Source: an uncultured Candidatus Saccharibacteria bacterium
GTDB lineage: Bacteria > Patescibacteriota > Saccharimonadia > Saccharimonadales > UBA10212
DNA: 64,000 nt
Assembly: GCA_965231085.1 (NCBI GenBank)
Contig: OZ246413.1
Location: forward strand, 91,991 to 155,990
Reading direction: 5' to 3'
In this document: positions 1 through 8,307 of the stretch, one piece after another
Layout: every line of letters starts with the position of its first letter
How positions within the stretch are numbered: position 1 is the stretch's first letter
The notes under the pieces: generated by a model
Seen by the model: only the letters and a program-made list of their open reading frames with translations
What the model was told of the DNA's origin: nothing
The model's database searches: none
Program-made: the position numbers and the translations under genes

Positions 1-377
1 CTAGGCTTGATACAGCGGCTAATGCCAAGGCCAAAATGGTACTCGATCAGCTTAAGAATGGTGGCGACTTTGGGGCCATAGCTAAGGATGTGTCAGACGA
101 TGCAGCTTCTAGGGCTAATGCCGGAGACTACGGCGGAGCCATCACAAAAGACAACCCAAACATTGCTCCACAGGTTATCGATCAACTGTTCAAACTTCAA
201 CCTGGTCAGTACTCTGGCATAATTGACGCTGGCTCAACCTTGGAGATCGTAAAGGTTTATAAAAATGATGGCAACACAGTCAACGCTCAGCATATTTCTA
301 TCAACCTGCAAAACATATCGGTTCATATAAATGCTCTGAAAGCCAAAAGCCCAACAAAAACCTATGTTCATTTCTAG
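1..377 (+). CDS. Parvulin-type peptidyl-prolyl isomerase, C-terminal part (5' end outside the window)
   Basis: The frame is open to the window edge, so track ORF 36..377 only starts at an internal Met. LKNGGDFGAIAKDVSDD...AGDYGG resembles PpiC/parvulin rotamase domains. Confidence 0.6.
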   Translation, partial: RLDTAANAKAKMVLDQLKNGGDFGAIAKDVSDDAASRANAGDYGGAITKDNPNIAPQVIDQLFKLQPGQYSGIIDAGSTLEIVKVYKNDGNTVNAQHISINLQNISVHINALKAKSPTKTYVHF

Positions 378-435
378 ATAACCGCCAATTGCTTTTCTCC
401 CTGTAAATTGTTACTATTAACCCGTTCAAAACCAT

Positions 436-512
436 GGGCTCGTGGTGTAGAGGCCTAACATGCCTCCCTGTCACGGAGGAGATCGCCGGTTCGAATCCGG
501 TCGAGCCCGCCA
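436..512 (+). tRNA. tRNA-Asp (anticodon GUC), CCA encoded
   Basis: Cloverleaf folded by hand. Acceptor gggctcg/cgagccc, anticodon stem cctcc/ggagg with loop ctGTCac, T-arm gccgg-ttcgaat-ccggt. Confidence 0.93.
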
Positions 513-516
513 TGAA

Positions 517-546
517 AAGAGAGTCACTTCTTGTGGCTCTTTTTTC
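517..546 (+). terminator. Intrinsic terminator-like hairpin after tRNA-Asp
   Basis: Stem agagtcac/gtggctct (one G-U pair), loop ttctt, followed by tttttt. Confidence 0.55.
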
Positions 547-676
547 ATGCTGAGTTTTGGCCGGATACGAATCGCAAACCTGCGGTTCGGCGTACGAGAA
601 GCGCAGATCAAGATTCATGCTCGCTTGATATCTTGTCGAGCATCGCAGGAAGGATGAAAATCTTAGATTTTCAGAT

Positions 677-694
677 ATCCGGTCGAGCCCGCCA
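677..694 (+). repeat. Perfect 18-nt direct repeat of the tRNA-Asp 3' end (atccggtcgagcccgcca, also at 495..512)
   Basis: Exact match read in the sequence. It covers half the T-loop, the 3' T-stem, the acceptor 3' strand, the discriminator and CCA. Confidence 0.85.
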
Positions 695-704
695 AAGAAC
701 CATG

Positions 705-729
705 AAGCCGCCTTAAATAGGCGGTTTTT
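705..729 (+). terminator. Intrinsic terminator after the duplicated tRNA-Asp 3' end
   Basis: Stem aagccgcc/ggcggttt, loop ttaaata, T-run. Confidence 0.6.
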
Positions 730-750
730 GTTATACTTCTTTTCAGGTTT

Positions 751-826
751 GCCGATATAGCTCAGCTGGTAGAGCAGCACTTTCGTAAAGTGAAGGTCGG
801 CGGTTCGATTCCGCCTATCGGCTCCA
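751..826 (+). tRNA. tRNA-Thr (anticodon CGU), CCA encoded
   Basis: Acceptor gccgata/tatcggc, D-arm gctc-agctggta-gagc, anticodon loop ttCGTaa, T-arm ggcgg-ttcgatt-ccgcc. There is one G-A mismatch at the top of the anticodon stem. Confidence 0.88.
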
Positions 827-831
827 GGCGA

Positions 832-905
832 GCGAGTATAGTACATCGGTAGTATGTATCCTTCCCAAGGATGAGAGGCGGGTTCGACTCCCGCTACTCG
901 CACCA
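832..905 (+). tRNA. tRNA-Gly (anticodon CCC), CCA encoded
   Basis: Acceptor gcgagta/tactcgc, anticodon stem tatcc/ggatg with loop ttCCCaa, T-arm gcggg-ttcgact-cccgc. Confidence 0.9.
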
Positions 906-1012
906 TCATCGCAACAAACTAAGAGTTTGCCGTTACTGCTGCTATTCCCGCAGAGTATGTATTTTGCGCAAGTTCTAAATTTCAAAACAGGATATAATAA
1001 AGTCTAGGTTTT

Positions 1013-1369
1013 ATGGAATTACCAAAAAAATATTTGCACGATCGGTTAGTCCTAATACTGATAACTTTAATGGCCGCGCTTTTAACCATTGGCGTAGCTA
1101 CGGTGTTAGTTAGGTTTGATATATCAAAAAATCCAACGACCATAGTTGCCTGGCGACCTAATATCTCTGGTTCAAGTTATCAGAGCGGAAAACCGATAGA
1201 TATTTATAGCTTAGCTTTCTTTATGATCGTTATTTCAGTTAGTGCTGTGGCTTTAAGCGCTCGCCTATACAATCTGCGCCACTCACTGTCGGTATTTATA
1301 CTGGCCTCAACCAATTTCCTGCTACTACTATCAGCTATTGTGGCTAACGCGCTTATCTCTTTACAATAA
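1013..1369 (+). CDS. Small integral membrane protein, function unknown
   Basis: 118 aa with three or four hydrophobic segments. It ends 5 nt before the glycosyltransferase gene, so co-transcription is likely. Confidence 0.5.
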   Translation: MELPKKYLHDRLVLILITLMAALLTIGVATVLVRFDISKNPTTIVAWRPNISGSSYQSGKPIDIYSLAFFMIVISVSAVALSARLYNLRHSLSVFILASTNFLLLLSAIVANALISLQ

Positions 1370-1374
1370 AGCTT

Positions 1375-2976
1375 ATGCGTTCAATCGAAATACCCCAGCC
1401 AGAAGATAGAGATTGGCGTTATAAAGCCTTTGAAAAGCTACCAGGTGTAATGTCTTTACTGGTTCTTATGCTGCCTTTTATTTTGGGCTATATTAGCCCT
1501 CGAGCTGCGGCCTACTTTATAATTGCCTACTTGTTAACGTGGTTTATCTATATTATGGCAGTTGATTATCGGGCACTGCTTGGTTGGCGGACCATGAACA
1601 AATATAAAGTGCTGCCATGGCAAAAGCTTAACGCTGATCTAGAGACACTTAGTGTAAACACTAAAGCCCCCGCTTGGCATGCCCGCAACATCCAAAGAGT
1701 AGGGAAGAATCTAGGAGATAAGCGTGTAAAACCAAGCGAGATATACCAGGTTCTAATCATCGCGTTCTGGAAAGAGTCTAGAGACATTTTAGAGCCGACA
1801 GTTCAGTCGGTTTTAAGTTCAGATTACGATCGCAAGAAGATGATTTTATACCTTGCATACGAAGAGCGAGGTGGCCCAGAAGTTGAAAAGACAGCTCATG
1901 ATTTAATCCGCGATTACGGTGATAAATTCTTTTATGCCAAAGCTGTAAAACATACTCTTCTGGACCATGAAATCCCAGGCAAAGGGGCAAACATAACTTG
2001 TGCAGGCAAGGTTTTGGCCGCTGATATTAAGGCCAAGGGCATAGACCCGCTAAAAGTTATTGTTACCACCCTAGATTCCGACAACCGCCCCCATTCTCAG
2101 TACCTAGCTTCGCTTGCCTACACTTATTGCTCGACCGAGGACCCTCTACATGCTTCATATCAACCAATCCCAATGTTTTTAAACAACATTTGGGACGCCC
2201 CAGCGCCCATGAGAGTTATTGCGACAGGTAATTCTTTTTATAACATTATGCTGTCCACTAGACCGCACATGCTTCGCAACTTTGCATCTCATGCTCAACC
2301 ACTAGCCGCTTTAATTGATACTGATTTTTGGAGCGTCAGGACAGTAGTGGAAGATGGTCACCAGTTTTGGCGCACTTATTTCCGATACGATGGCCATCAC
2401 AATGTTTATCCAATATATATACCCATATACCAAGACGCGGTTTTAACAGACAGTTATAAATCAACAATTAAAGCTCAATTTTTGCAGGTCAGACGCTGGG
2501 CCTATGGTGCTTCAGACATTGCCTATGTTGCAAACCAAGGCTTTTTAAAGAAAAACAATATTCCAAAATACAAAGTTTTTGCTAAATTCTTCCGTTTACT
2601 ACAAAACCACGTTGGCTGGGCCACAATGCCTTTGGTCTTGCTGTTTTCTGCATATCCACCTCTGTTTTTGAATCCCCAAAGTTTTGTTGCAAATCAGCTG
2701 CCTCACTTTTCTAGTGCCTTCCAGACCATTGCCATGTCCGGATTAATAGCCAGTTTGCTAGTATCGCTTAAAACTCTACCGCCAAGACCAGAGAGATATA
2801 AACGACACCGTACGATCTGGATGGTTATCCAGTGGGTATATTTCCCAATCACAGCGATAATATTTGGTTCTTTTGCAGCTATTAGCTCTCAGACCAAACT
2901 ATTGCTTGGCCACTACATGGGAACGTTTGATACTACTGACAAAGTAATAAAGAGCGAGAGATCAGCTGTAGTCTAG
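1375..2976 (+). CDS. Membrane-bound family-2 glycosyltransferase (processive, cellulose/chitin-synthase-like)
   Basis: 533 aa with N- and C-terminal hydrophobic helices. The LDSDNRP acidic motif and QVRRW (QxxRW) are typical of processive GT2 enzymes. Confidence 0.75.
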   Translation: MRSIEIPQPEDRDWRYKAFEKLPGVMSLLVLMLPFILGYISPRAAAYFIIAYLLTWFIYIMAVDYRALLGWRTMNKYKVLPWQKLNADLETLSVNTKAPAWHARNIQRVGKNLGDKRVKPSEIYQVLIIAFWKESRDILEPTVQSVLSSDYDRKKMILYLAYEERGGPEVEKTAHDLIRDYGDKFFYAKAVKHTLLDHEIPGKGANITCAGKVLAADIKAKGIDPLKVIVTTLDSDNRPHSQYLASLAYTYCSTEDPLHASYQPIPMFLNNIWDAPAPMRVIATGNSFYNIMLSTRPHMLRNFASHAQPLAALIDTDFWSVRTVVEDGHQFWRTYFRYDGHHNVYPIYIPIYQDAVLTDSYKSTIKAQFLQVRRWAYGASDIAYVANQGFLKKNNIPKYKVFAKFFRLLQNHVGWATMPLVLLFSAYPPLFLNPQSFVANQLPHFSSAFQTIAMSGLIASLLVSLKTLPPRPERYKRHRTIWMVIQWVYFPITAIIFGSFAAISSQTKLLLGHYMGTFDTTDKVIKSERSAVV

Positions 2977-2984
2977 ACTGATCG

Positions 2985-3404
2985 TTAGCGATTTGGCTGA
3001 ACCGAGGGGTGGTTAGCCATATATCTAAGCCAGGCCTGCCTATTGAATCGCTTCAAAACTTCACTAGCTGTCTTGCTAATCTCCTGAGCGTTTATAGGGC
3101 CTTTTGAAGCGTCTCTCAGTATTCTTTGAGTTACTGTGTCCGTTAGCTCCTGAGCGTCAAGGTAGGGGCTTACACGGTCTTTTAGACTATCAAGAATGTC
3201 GCTATATAGTTTTCCAGGCAAATACGGTTCAAGCTGGCCAGTATCTGTTTTTACAGATAAGGCGTTGGGCAGATAAGTAGCCTCGTAGGTCGTAAAGACG
3301 GCATTGCACTCCTGGCATCTGCGTCTTCGCCACACATTGTTACTGCGCCTCTGTAGACGGCTGTTTATTACCTCAGTATTAGCTTTGCAGTACACACAAA
3401 CCAT
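2985..3404 (-). CDS. NrdR-like zinc-ribbon regulator paralogue with a divergent ATP-cone
   Basis: The N-terminus CxxC...RRRRCQECNAVFTTYE matches the NrdR zinc ribbon (compare 62914..63414). The C-terminal ~90 aa is ATP-cone-like but divergent. Confidence 0.7.
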   Translation of the reverse strand: MVCVYCKANTEVINSRLQRRSNNVWRRRRCQECNAVFTTYEATYLPNALSVKTDTGQLEPYLPGKLYSDILDSLKDRVSPYLDAQELTDTVTQRILRDASKGPINAQEISKTASEVLKRFNRQAWLRYMANHPSVQPNR

Positions 3405-3420
3405 GACAATATATTGTCAT
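3403..3420. promoter_or_regulatory. Perfect 18-bp palindrome atgacaatatattgtcat with an NrdR-box-like core, overlapping the start codon of the NrdR-like gene
   Basis: The sequence equals its own reverse complement. The core CAATATATTG fits the CwAtATaTwG core of the published NrdR-box consensus. Confidence 0.45.
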
Positions 3421-3477
3421 AACGCTAGATAAAATGCTAGTGGATAACTATTTCTTATTGTGGGTAAGAAAACAAAA

Positions 3478-3500
3478 AACCCTGGTTACTAACCAGGGCC
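3478..3500 (-). terminator. Intrinsic terminator (minus strand) after the candidate small ORF
   Basis: Hairpin ccctggtt-acta-aaccaggg. On the minus strand it is followed by tttttt. Confidence 0.5.
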
Positions 3501-3531
3501 CCACCTCTATTTATCGGTTGTCCAGAGACGC

Positions 3532-3639
3532 TTATTTCTTATTTCGACGGATTCTGGAACTGGCCGATGTATCGCTTAGAATTTCTTCGTAAAAAAGTTT
3601 GAATTCTTCAAGCGGTTTGCCTGCTTGTTTAGCACTCAA
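3532..3639 (-). CDS. Candidate 35-aa small protein (MSAKQAGKPLEEFKLFYEEILSDTSASSRIRRNKK)
   Basis: Hand translation. TTG start 5 nt after gaggtga, with the terminator at 3478..3500 downstream. It is below the ORF-track length cut-off and I recognise no family. Confidence 0.25.
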   Translation of the reverse strand: MSAKQAGKPLEEFKLFYEEILSDTSASSRIRRNKK

Positions 3640-3713
3640 AACTCACCTCACTATTAACCAGAATAAGTTAACATGTATGACTTTTTACGTCAATGCCCGC
3701 TATAATGCTCTAG

Positions 3714-4808
3714 ATGCCAAAAAAACACTTCGAACAACTTATATCAACCGGTGAATACTCAAGAGTTGGAGCATTAGTAACTCGGGCAGGTGTAGTTCAG
3801 ACGCCTGTCTTTATGCCTGTTGGAACTCGAGGCACTGTTAAGGGCGTGGATGTTGAAATGGTTAAAACAACGGGGGCCTCAATTATCCTTGGCAACACCT
3901 ATCATTTACATATGCAACCAGGCGAAAAGCTCATAAAAATTGTCGGTGGTTTACACGAGTTTATGAACTGGCAGGGGCCCATACTCACGGATTCTGGCGG
4001 TTTCCAAGTTTTTTCACTTAGTAAAATAAGAAAAATAACAGAGGAGGGGGTTAAGTTCAAAGATCCCGTTAGCGGCGATAATGTTTTTATAAGTCCAGAA
4101 ATATCAATTCAAATACAGTTTGATCTCGGTTCGGACATCATTATGGCCTTTGATGATCTTACCGGCCTAGACGAACACGCCCGAAAGCGTACAAACGAGG
4201 CTCTAGAAAGAACTCATCGCTGGCTAGTCCGGTCAGTGGCAGAGTTCAAGCGTCTAACCAAAGATACTCCGGACAAAAACAGGCCGCTGTTATTTGGTAT
4301 CGTTCAGGGCGGACTTAGTAAAGAACTTCGTAAAAAAAGTCTGGAATTTGTGCAATCTCAGGATGTAGACGGGGTAGCCATAGGTGGCTTGGCAGTCGGC
4401 GAATCACGGAAGGAAATGCACGAAATGCTCGACTTTCTTGCACCACTTTATGATTATTCAAAGGTTCACTATCTTATGGGCGTTGGTGACCCCGTTGATT
4501 TTAGATATGCAATTGAACGCGGCATAGATATGACAGACTGTGTCATGCCGACACGTAACGCCCGTCATGGAACGGTTTGGGTTAGTGGTGATAAGAAGAT
4601 AAACCTAAAGAATCAAAAATTTGCCAGAGATACTAGCCCGATAGAAGAAGGCTGTGATTGTGCGACCTGCAACTCTGGCTATACAAAAGCATTTCTACGC
4701 CATCAGTTTAAGGTAAATGATCCGATAGCTGGCACACTTGCATCGCTACATAATCTCAGGTATCTTGCGCGAATCGCCGAAAGCTATAAAAAATCCGCTA
4801 ACAAGTAG
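3714..4808 (+). CDS. tgt: Queuine tRNA-ribosyltransferase
   Basis: 364 aa. GNTYHL, LTDSGGFQVFSL and the C-terminal CxCxxC zinc motif are typical of Tgt. Confidence 0.95.
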   Translation: MPKKHFEQLISTGEYSRVGALVTRAGVVQTPVFMPVGTRGTVKGVDVEMVKTTGASIILGNTYHLHMQPGEKLIKIVGGLHEFMNWQGPILTDSGGFQVFSLSKIRKITEEGVKFKDPVSGDNVFISPEISIQIQFDLGSDIIMAFDDLTGLDEHARKRTNEALERTHRWLVRSVAEFKRLTKDTPDKNRPLLFGIVQGGLSKELRKKSLEFVQSQDVDGVAIGGLAVGESRKEMHEMLDFLAPLYDYSKVHYLMGVGDPVDFRYAIERGIDMTDCVMPTRNARHGTVWVSGDKKINLKNQKFARDTSPIEEGCDCATCNSGYTKAFLRHQFKVNDPIAGTLASLHNLRYLARIAESYKKSANK

Positions 4809-4821
4809 CAGCGGTTTAGTT

Positions 4822-4898
4822 TGGTGGGCACGGAGGGACTTGAACCCCCGACATCCACAACGTCAATGTGGCGCTCTAGCCAACTGAGCTACGTGCCC
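4822..4898 (-). tRNA. tRNA-Val (anticodon GAC), CCA encoded
   Basis: The reverse complement folds as gggcacg...ccaca-ttGACgt-tgtgg...ggggg-ttcaagt-ccctc-cgtgccc-a-cca. Confidence 0.93.
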
Positions 4899-5173
4899 TT
4901 ATTTGAACAAGTTTATACTAACTTATCAGGGGTCAAATAGCAACCTTACCTTATATGGTATAAAAGGGGCAATACTTTTTACACAGCTGTGGAAAAAACA
5001 CGTAAAAAAGTACTAGCATTAAACAGCTAGTTTGTTTATATTAGTTCGTAGGTTGATTTTTGCCGAGATGTTAATGAAAACACGGCCTCAAGCATATTTG
5101 CGAGAATACTTGAGCCGTTTTTCATATCTGGGGACTTTTTAACTGATTGCCAAGCTGTTATGATGTAGCTCAT

Positions 5174-6421
5174 ATGGATGATAATCAACACGAGAATGAT
5201 CACAGGCGCCTTGGACAGGAATTAGATTTATTTGTATTTTCTGATCTTGTTGGTTCTGGTTTGCCACTATTTACACCGAGAGGTGTTGTTTTGCGTGATG
5301 AATTGGCTCGATATGCCAATGAGCTACGTGAAAAAGCAGGCTTTAAAAAGGTCTGGACACCCCACATTACTAAAACCGACCTATATAAGAAGTCTGGCCA
5401 CTGGGATAAGTTTGGTAAAGAACTTTTTTTGGTAAAAAGCCAGGAGACCAAAGACGAAATGGTTCTAAAGCCCATGAATTGCCCGCATCATACTCAAATA
5501 TATGCTTCTCGGCCCCGTAGCTACCGCGAATTGCCAATTAAATTCATTGAAACAACTACTGACTACCGGGATGAAAAATCAGGGGAACTTAATGGATTAT
5601 TTAGAGTTAGATCACTGACCCAAGATGATAGTCATGTCTTTTGCCGTCCTGACCAAATTGCCGAAGCAGTAGAATCACTAGTCACCGCGGTTCAGGAGTT
5701 TTATAAGACTATTGGTATGAGCCTAAAATGTCGCTTATCTTTTAGGGATGACGGGGAAGAATACTTAGGATCAGCTGAGTTATGGGAAAAAGCCCAGAAA
5801 ACCATAGAGGAATTGGCCAAAGCCAATAAGCTAGATTACTTTGTCGGTAAAGGTGATGCAGCCTTTTATGGTCCAAAGATCGACTTTCTGGCCATAGATA
5901 ATCTAGACAGAGAATGGCAAGTTGGCACGGTACAGCTAGACTTTGTGCAGCCAGAACGTTTTGGGCTAACTTATATCGATGAAGATGACAAAAAACAGAC
6001 TCCTGTAATGGTACATTCTGCAATTCTGGGCTCAATCGAAAGATTCCTAGGTGTCTATATTGAGCATACTGGTGGTAAATTCCCAGTTTGGCTGGCGCCA
6101 GAGCAATTAAGAATCATGACCATAAACAATGATCCATCCACTATCTCTCTGGCAAGCAAATTTTACGAATACGTTACGAGTATTGGTATAAGGGCGACTA
6201 TCGATGATTCAAATGAGACTTTAGGCAAAAAGATCAGACGCTCAGAAATGCAGAAGGTGCCGCATAAATTTGTTGTGGGGCCACAGGAAAGAGATGCAAT
6301 GAAAGAATTTCTTGAAACGGTGAATCCTAGCGACTGGGACAAATCACCGCCTGCTGAGTTCTTTGCCAAAATTAAGAAAGAAATTAATGAGCGCAGGGAT
6401 CAAAAAGATCTATATAAATAG
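5174..6421 (+). CDS. thrS: Threonyl-tRNA synthetase, catalytic plus anticodon-binding domains only
   Basis: HRRLGQELDLF marks the start of the class II core, and the rest aligns with ThrRS. The track start at 5147 is TTG, and the first ATG is at 5174, so the start is uncertain by 9 codons. There is no TGS or editing domain. Confidence 0.88.
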   Translation: MDDNQHENDHRRLGQELDLFVFSDLVGSGLPLFTPRGVVLRDELARYANELREKAGFKKVWTPHITKTDLYKKSGHWDKFGKELFLVKSQETKDEMVLKPMNCPHHTQIYASRPRSYRELPIKFIETTTDYRDEKSGELNGLFRVRSLTQDDSHVFCRPDQIAEAVESLVTAVQEFYKTIGMSLKCRLSFRDDGEEYLGSAELWEKAQKTIEELAKANKLDYFVGKGDAAFYGPKIDFLAIDNLDREWQVGTVQLDFVQPERFGLTYIDEDDKKQTPVMVHSAILGSIERFLGVYIEHTGGKFPVWLAPEQLRIMTINNDPSTISLASKFYEYVTSIGIRATIDDSNETLGKKIRRSEMQKVPHKFVVGPQERDAMKEFLETVNPSDWDKSPPAEFFAKIKKEINERRDQKDLYK

Positions 6422-6423
6422 AG

Positions 6424-6762
6424 ATGCAGCGAGTTGATGCGGATTTTAAAAACCGCGTATATGAAACAGTGTCCAAGATACCCAAAGGCAGGGTGGCGAC
6501 CTACGGGCAGATTGCAGCGCTAGCAGGGGCTGCTTGGGCAGCTTGGGAAGTTGGGCAGATAGCGCACAGCGGTCCAGATAACCTGCCATGGCAGAGAGTT
6601 GTCAATAAGAGCGGTGGCCTTGCCAGGGGCTACCCCGGAGGCCTAGAGGGCCACAAAAAGGCTCTACAAGCAGATAATATAGAAGTGGATGAAGATTTTA
6701 AGGTAAATATTGGCGAACTATTATGGCAACCAGTAAACAAAAACCAGAGCTCATTGTTATAG
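6424..6762 (+). CDS. Alkyltransferase-like (ATL/YbaZ-type) MGMT-family DNA-binding protein
   Basis: IPKGRVATYGQIA and LPWQRVVNKSG resemble the MGMT C-terminal domain. The active-site PCHR is replaced by PWQR, so there is no acceptor cysteine. Confidence 0.72.
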   Translation: MQRVDADFKNRVYETVSKIPKGRVATYGQIAALAGAAWAAWEVGQIAHSGPDNLPWQRVVNKSGGLARGYPGGLEGHKKALQADNIEVDEDFKVNIGELLWQPVNKNQSSLL

Positions 6763-7604
6763 TTGGTCCCACTGCTAGTGGTAAGTCGGAATTGGCCATG
6801 AGAATAGCCAGGCAGTTTAATGGAGAGATAATTTGTGCTGATTCACGGACGGTATATAGGAGAATGGATATTGGTACGGCCAAGCCTACTAAAAAAGACC
6901 AGGCTGAAATCCGGCATTGGGGACTAGACATTGCCGATATTAATGACGAATTTACTGTAAAGCAGTTCAAAGATTATGCTCTAAGCGCAATAACCGACAT
7001 AAAAAAAAGAGGCAAGCTGCCAATCTTGGTAGGCGGTACCGGCTTATATATAGACGCTGTGCTATTCAATTTTGAATTTCGGCCAAAAGCTGATTCTGAG
7101 ACACGCAAGACCTTAGAAGCAAAAACTGTATCTGAGTTGCAGCAACAAATCGGAGAACTTGGCTATGAAATGCCTACAAATAGCCAAAATAAGCGACATT
7201 TAATTAGAACAATAGAATCAGAGGGCGCTCGTGGTTATGCAGATATAGCTCCAAGAGCAGGTTCGCTGATAGTAGGTATCAACCCCGCTATGGAAATCCT
7301 GGAAGAAAGAATTAATCATCGAGCCAAGGAAATATTTGAGGCGGGAGTAATGCACGAGACAGAAGAATTGTTAAGAACATATGGTCGTGACTCTTTGCTA
7401 AAAACAGCAGGTATTATTTATACCATATGTTTAGATTTGATCGATGGAAAAATTGATTCACAAATTGCGCTCGATAGATTTAAGATTGCGGATCGGCAAT
7501 ATGCCAAAAGGCAGCTTACTTGGTTCAAACGAAACCCGTATATACTCTGGAATAGCGACATTGACCTAGCCGAACAAACCATAAAAAGCCTCTTGAACAA
7601 TTGA
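6723..7604 (+). CDS. miaA: tRNA dimethylallyltransferase
   Basis: P-loop GPTASGKS, ICADSRTVYRRMDIGTAKPT and LVGGTGLY match MiaA. It overlaps the upstream gene by 40 nt. Confidence 0.9.
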   Translation: MATSKQKPELIVIVGPTASGKSELAMRIARQFNGEIICADSRTVYRRMDIGTAKPTKKDQAEIRHWGLDIADINDEFTVKQFKDYALSAITDIKKRGKLPILVGGTGLYIDAVLFNFEFRPKADSETRKTLEAKTVSELQQQIGELGYEMPTNSQNKRHLIRTIESEGARGYADIAPRAGSLIVGINPAMEILEERINHRAKEIFEAGVMHETEELLRTYGRDSLLKTAGIIYTICLDLIDGKIDSQIALDRFKIADRQYAKRQLTWFKRNPYILWNSDIDLAEQTIKSLLNN

Positions 7605-7653
7605 GTTATCAGATACGCAACGAGTCTGATACAATAAATTAAAAGAGGTATAT

Positions 7654-8292
7654 ATGTTCGAGCAACTATTTGGATCAAAGACTCGCGTAAAGCTACTAAA
7701 TCTTTTTTATACTAATCCTAATCGTGCTTTTTATGTTCGGGAGATAACCAGAAAGGTGGATGAGCAAATCAACTCAGTTCGTCGAGAACTCTCCAACCTA
7801 CTGAGTATCGGGATAATAACATCGGATGCCAATAATAACCGACTATACTACGAGGTGAATCAAAAATACGAACATTATGACGCTCTATCTAAAATATTTG
7901 GTGGAGTCAGTGTTGAGCCTGTTGAAGAAAAGGGCTCAAAAGAAAAAACAACCAAAAACGCCACTGATAAACCAGCTGTTATTGCTCACGAACACCCAAT
8001 GGCTAAAGACTTCCGTTCTCTAGGCAGAGCCGAGCTAGTTATTTTTACCGGGCAGTTCACACGCGATGAATCTAGCGGCGTCGATATTTTAATCGTTGGA
8101 GATGTTAACCAGACAAAAACTGATAAGTTGATAAGCGATATAGAGAAGGCTGAAAATAAAGAGCTGAGATACACGGTTATGCCACTCGATACATATAACT
8201 ATCGTATCCAGATTAATGATCGATTTATTATCAACCTGCTTAACTCCAAGAAACAGGTTATAATTAATGCACAAGACCTTCAAGTTAAATAA
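7654..8292 (+). CDS. Winged-helix (ArsR-like) DNA-binding protein with an extra C-terminal domain
   Basis: The N-terminal ~80 aa (RVKLLNLFYTNPNRAFYVREITRKVDEQINSVRRELSNLLSIGII) form a wHTH pattern. They are related to the ORF at 57671..57958. Confidence 0.55.
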   Translation: MFEQLFGSKTRVKLLNLFYTNPNRAFYVREITRKVDEQINSVRRELSNLLSIGIITSDANNNRLYYEVNQKYEHYDALSKIFGGVSVEPVEEKGSKEKTTKNATDKPAVIAHEHPMAKDFRSLGRAELVIFTGQFTRDESSGVDILIVGDVNQTKTDKLISDIEKAENKELRYTVMPLDTYNYRIQINDRFIINLLNSKKQVIINAQDLQVK

Positions 8293-8307
8293 AAAGGAGT
8301 CAATTTA

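Noticed and set aside
301-909. A 202-aa minus-strand ORF, and the small + strand ORFs at 460..657 and 531..716.
   Set aside because: They run antisense to, or through, three tRNA genes and the duplicated tRNA-Asp end. The translations are simply tRNA sequence read as protein, so they are spurious.
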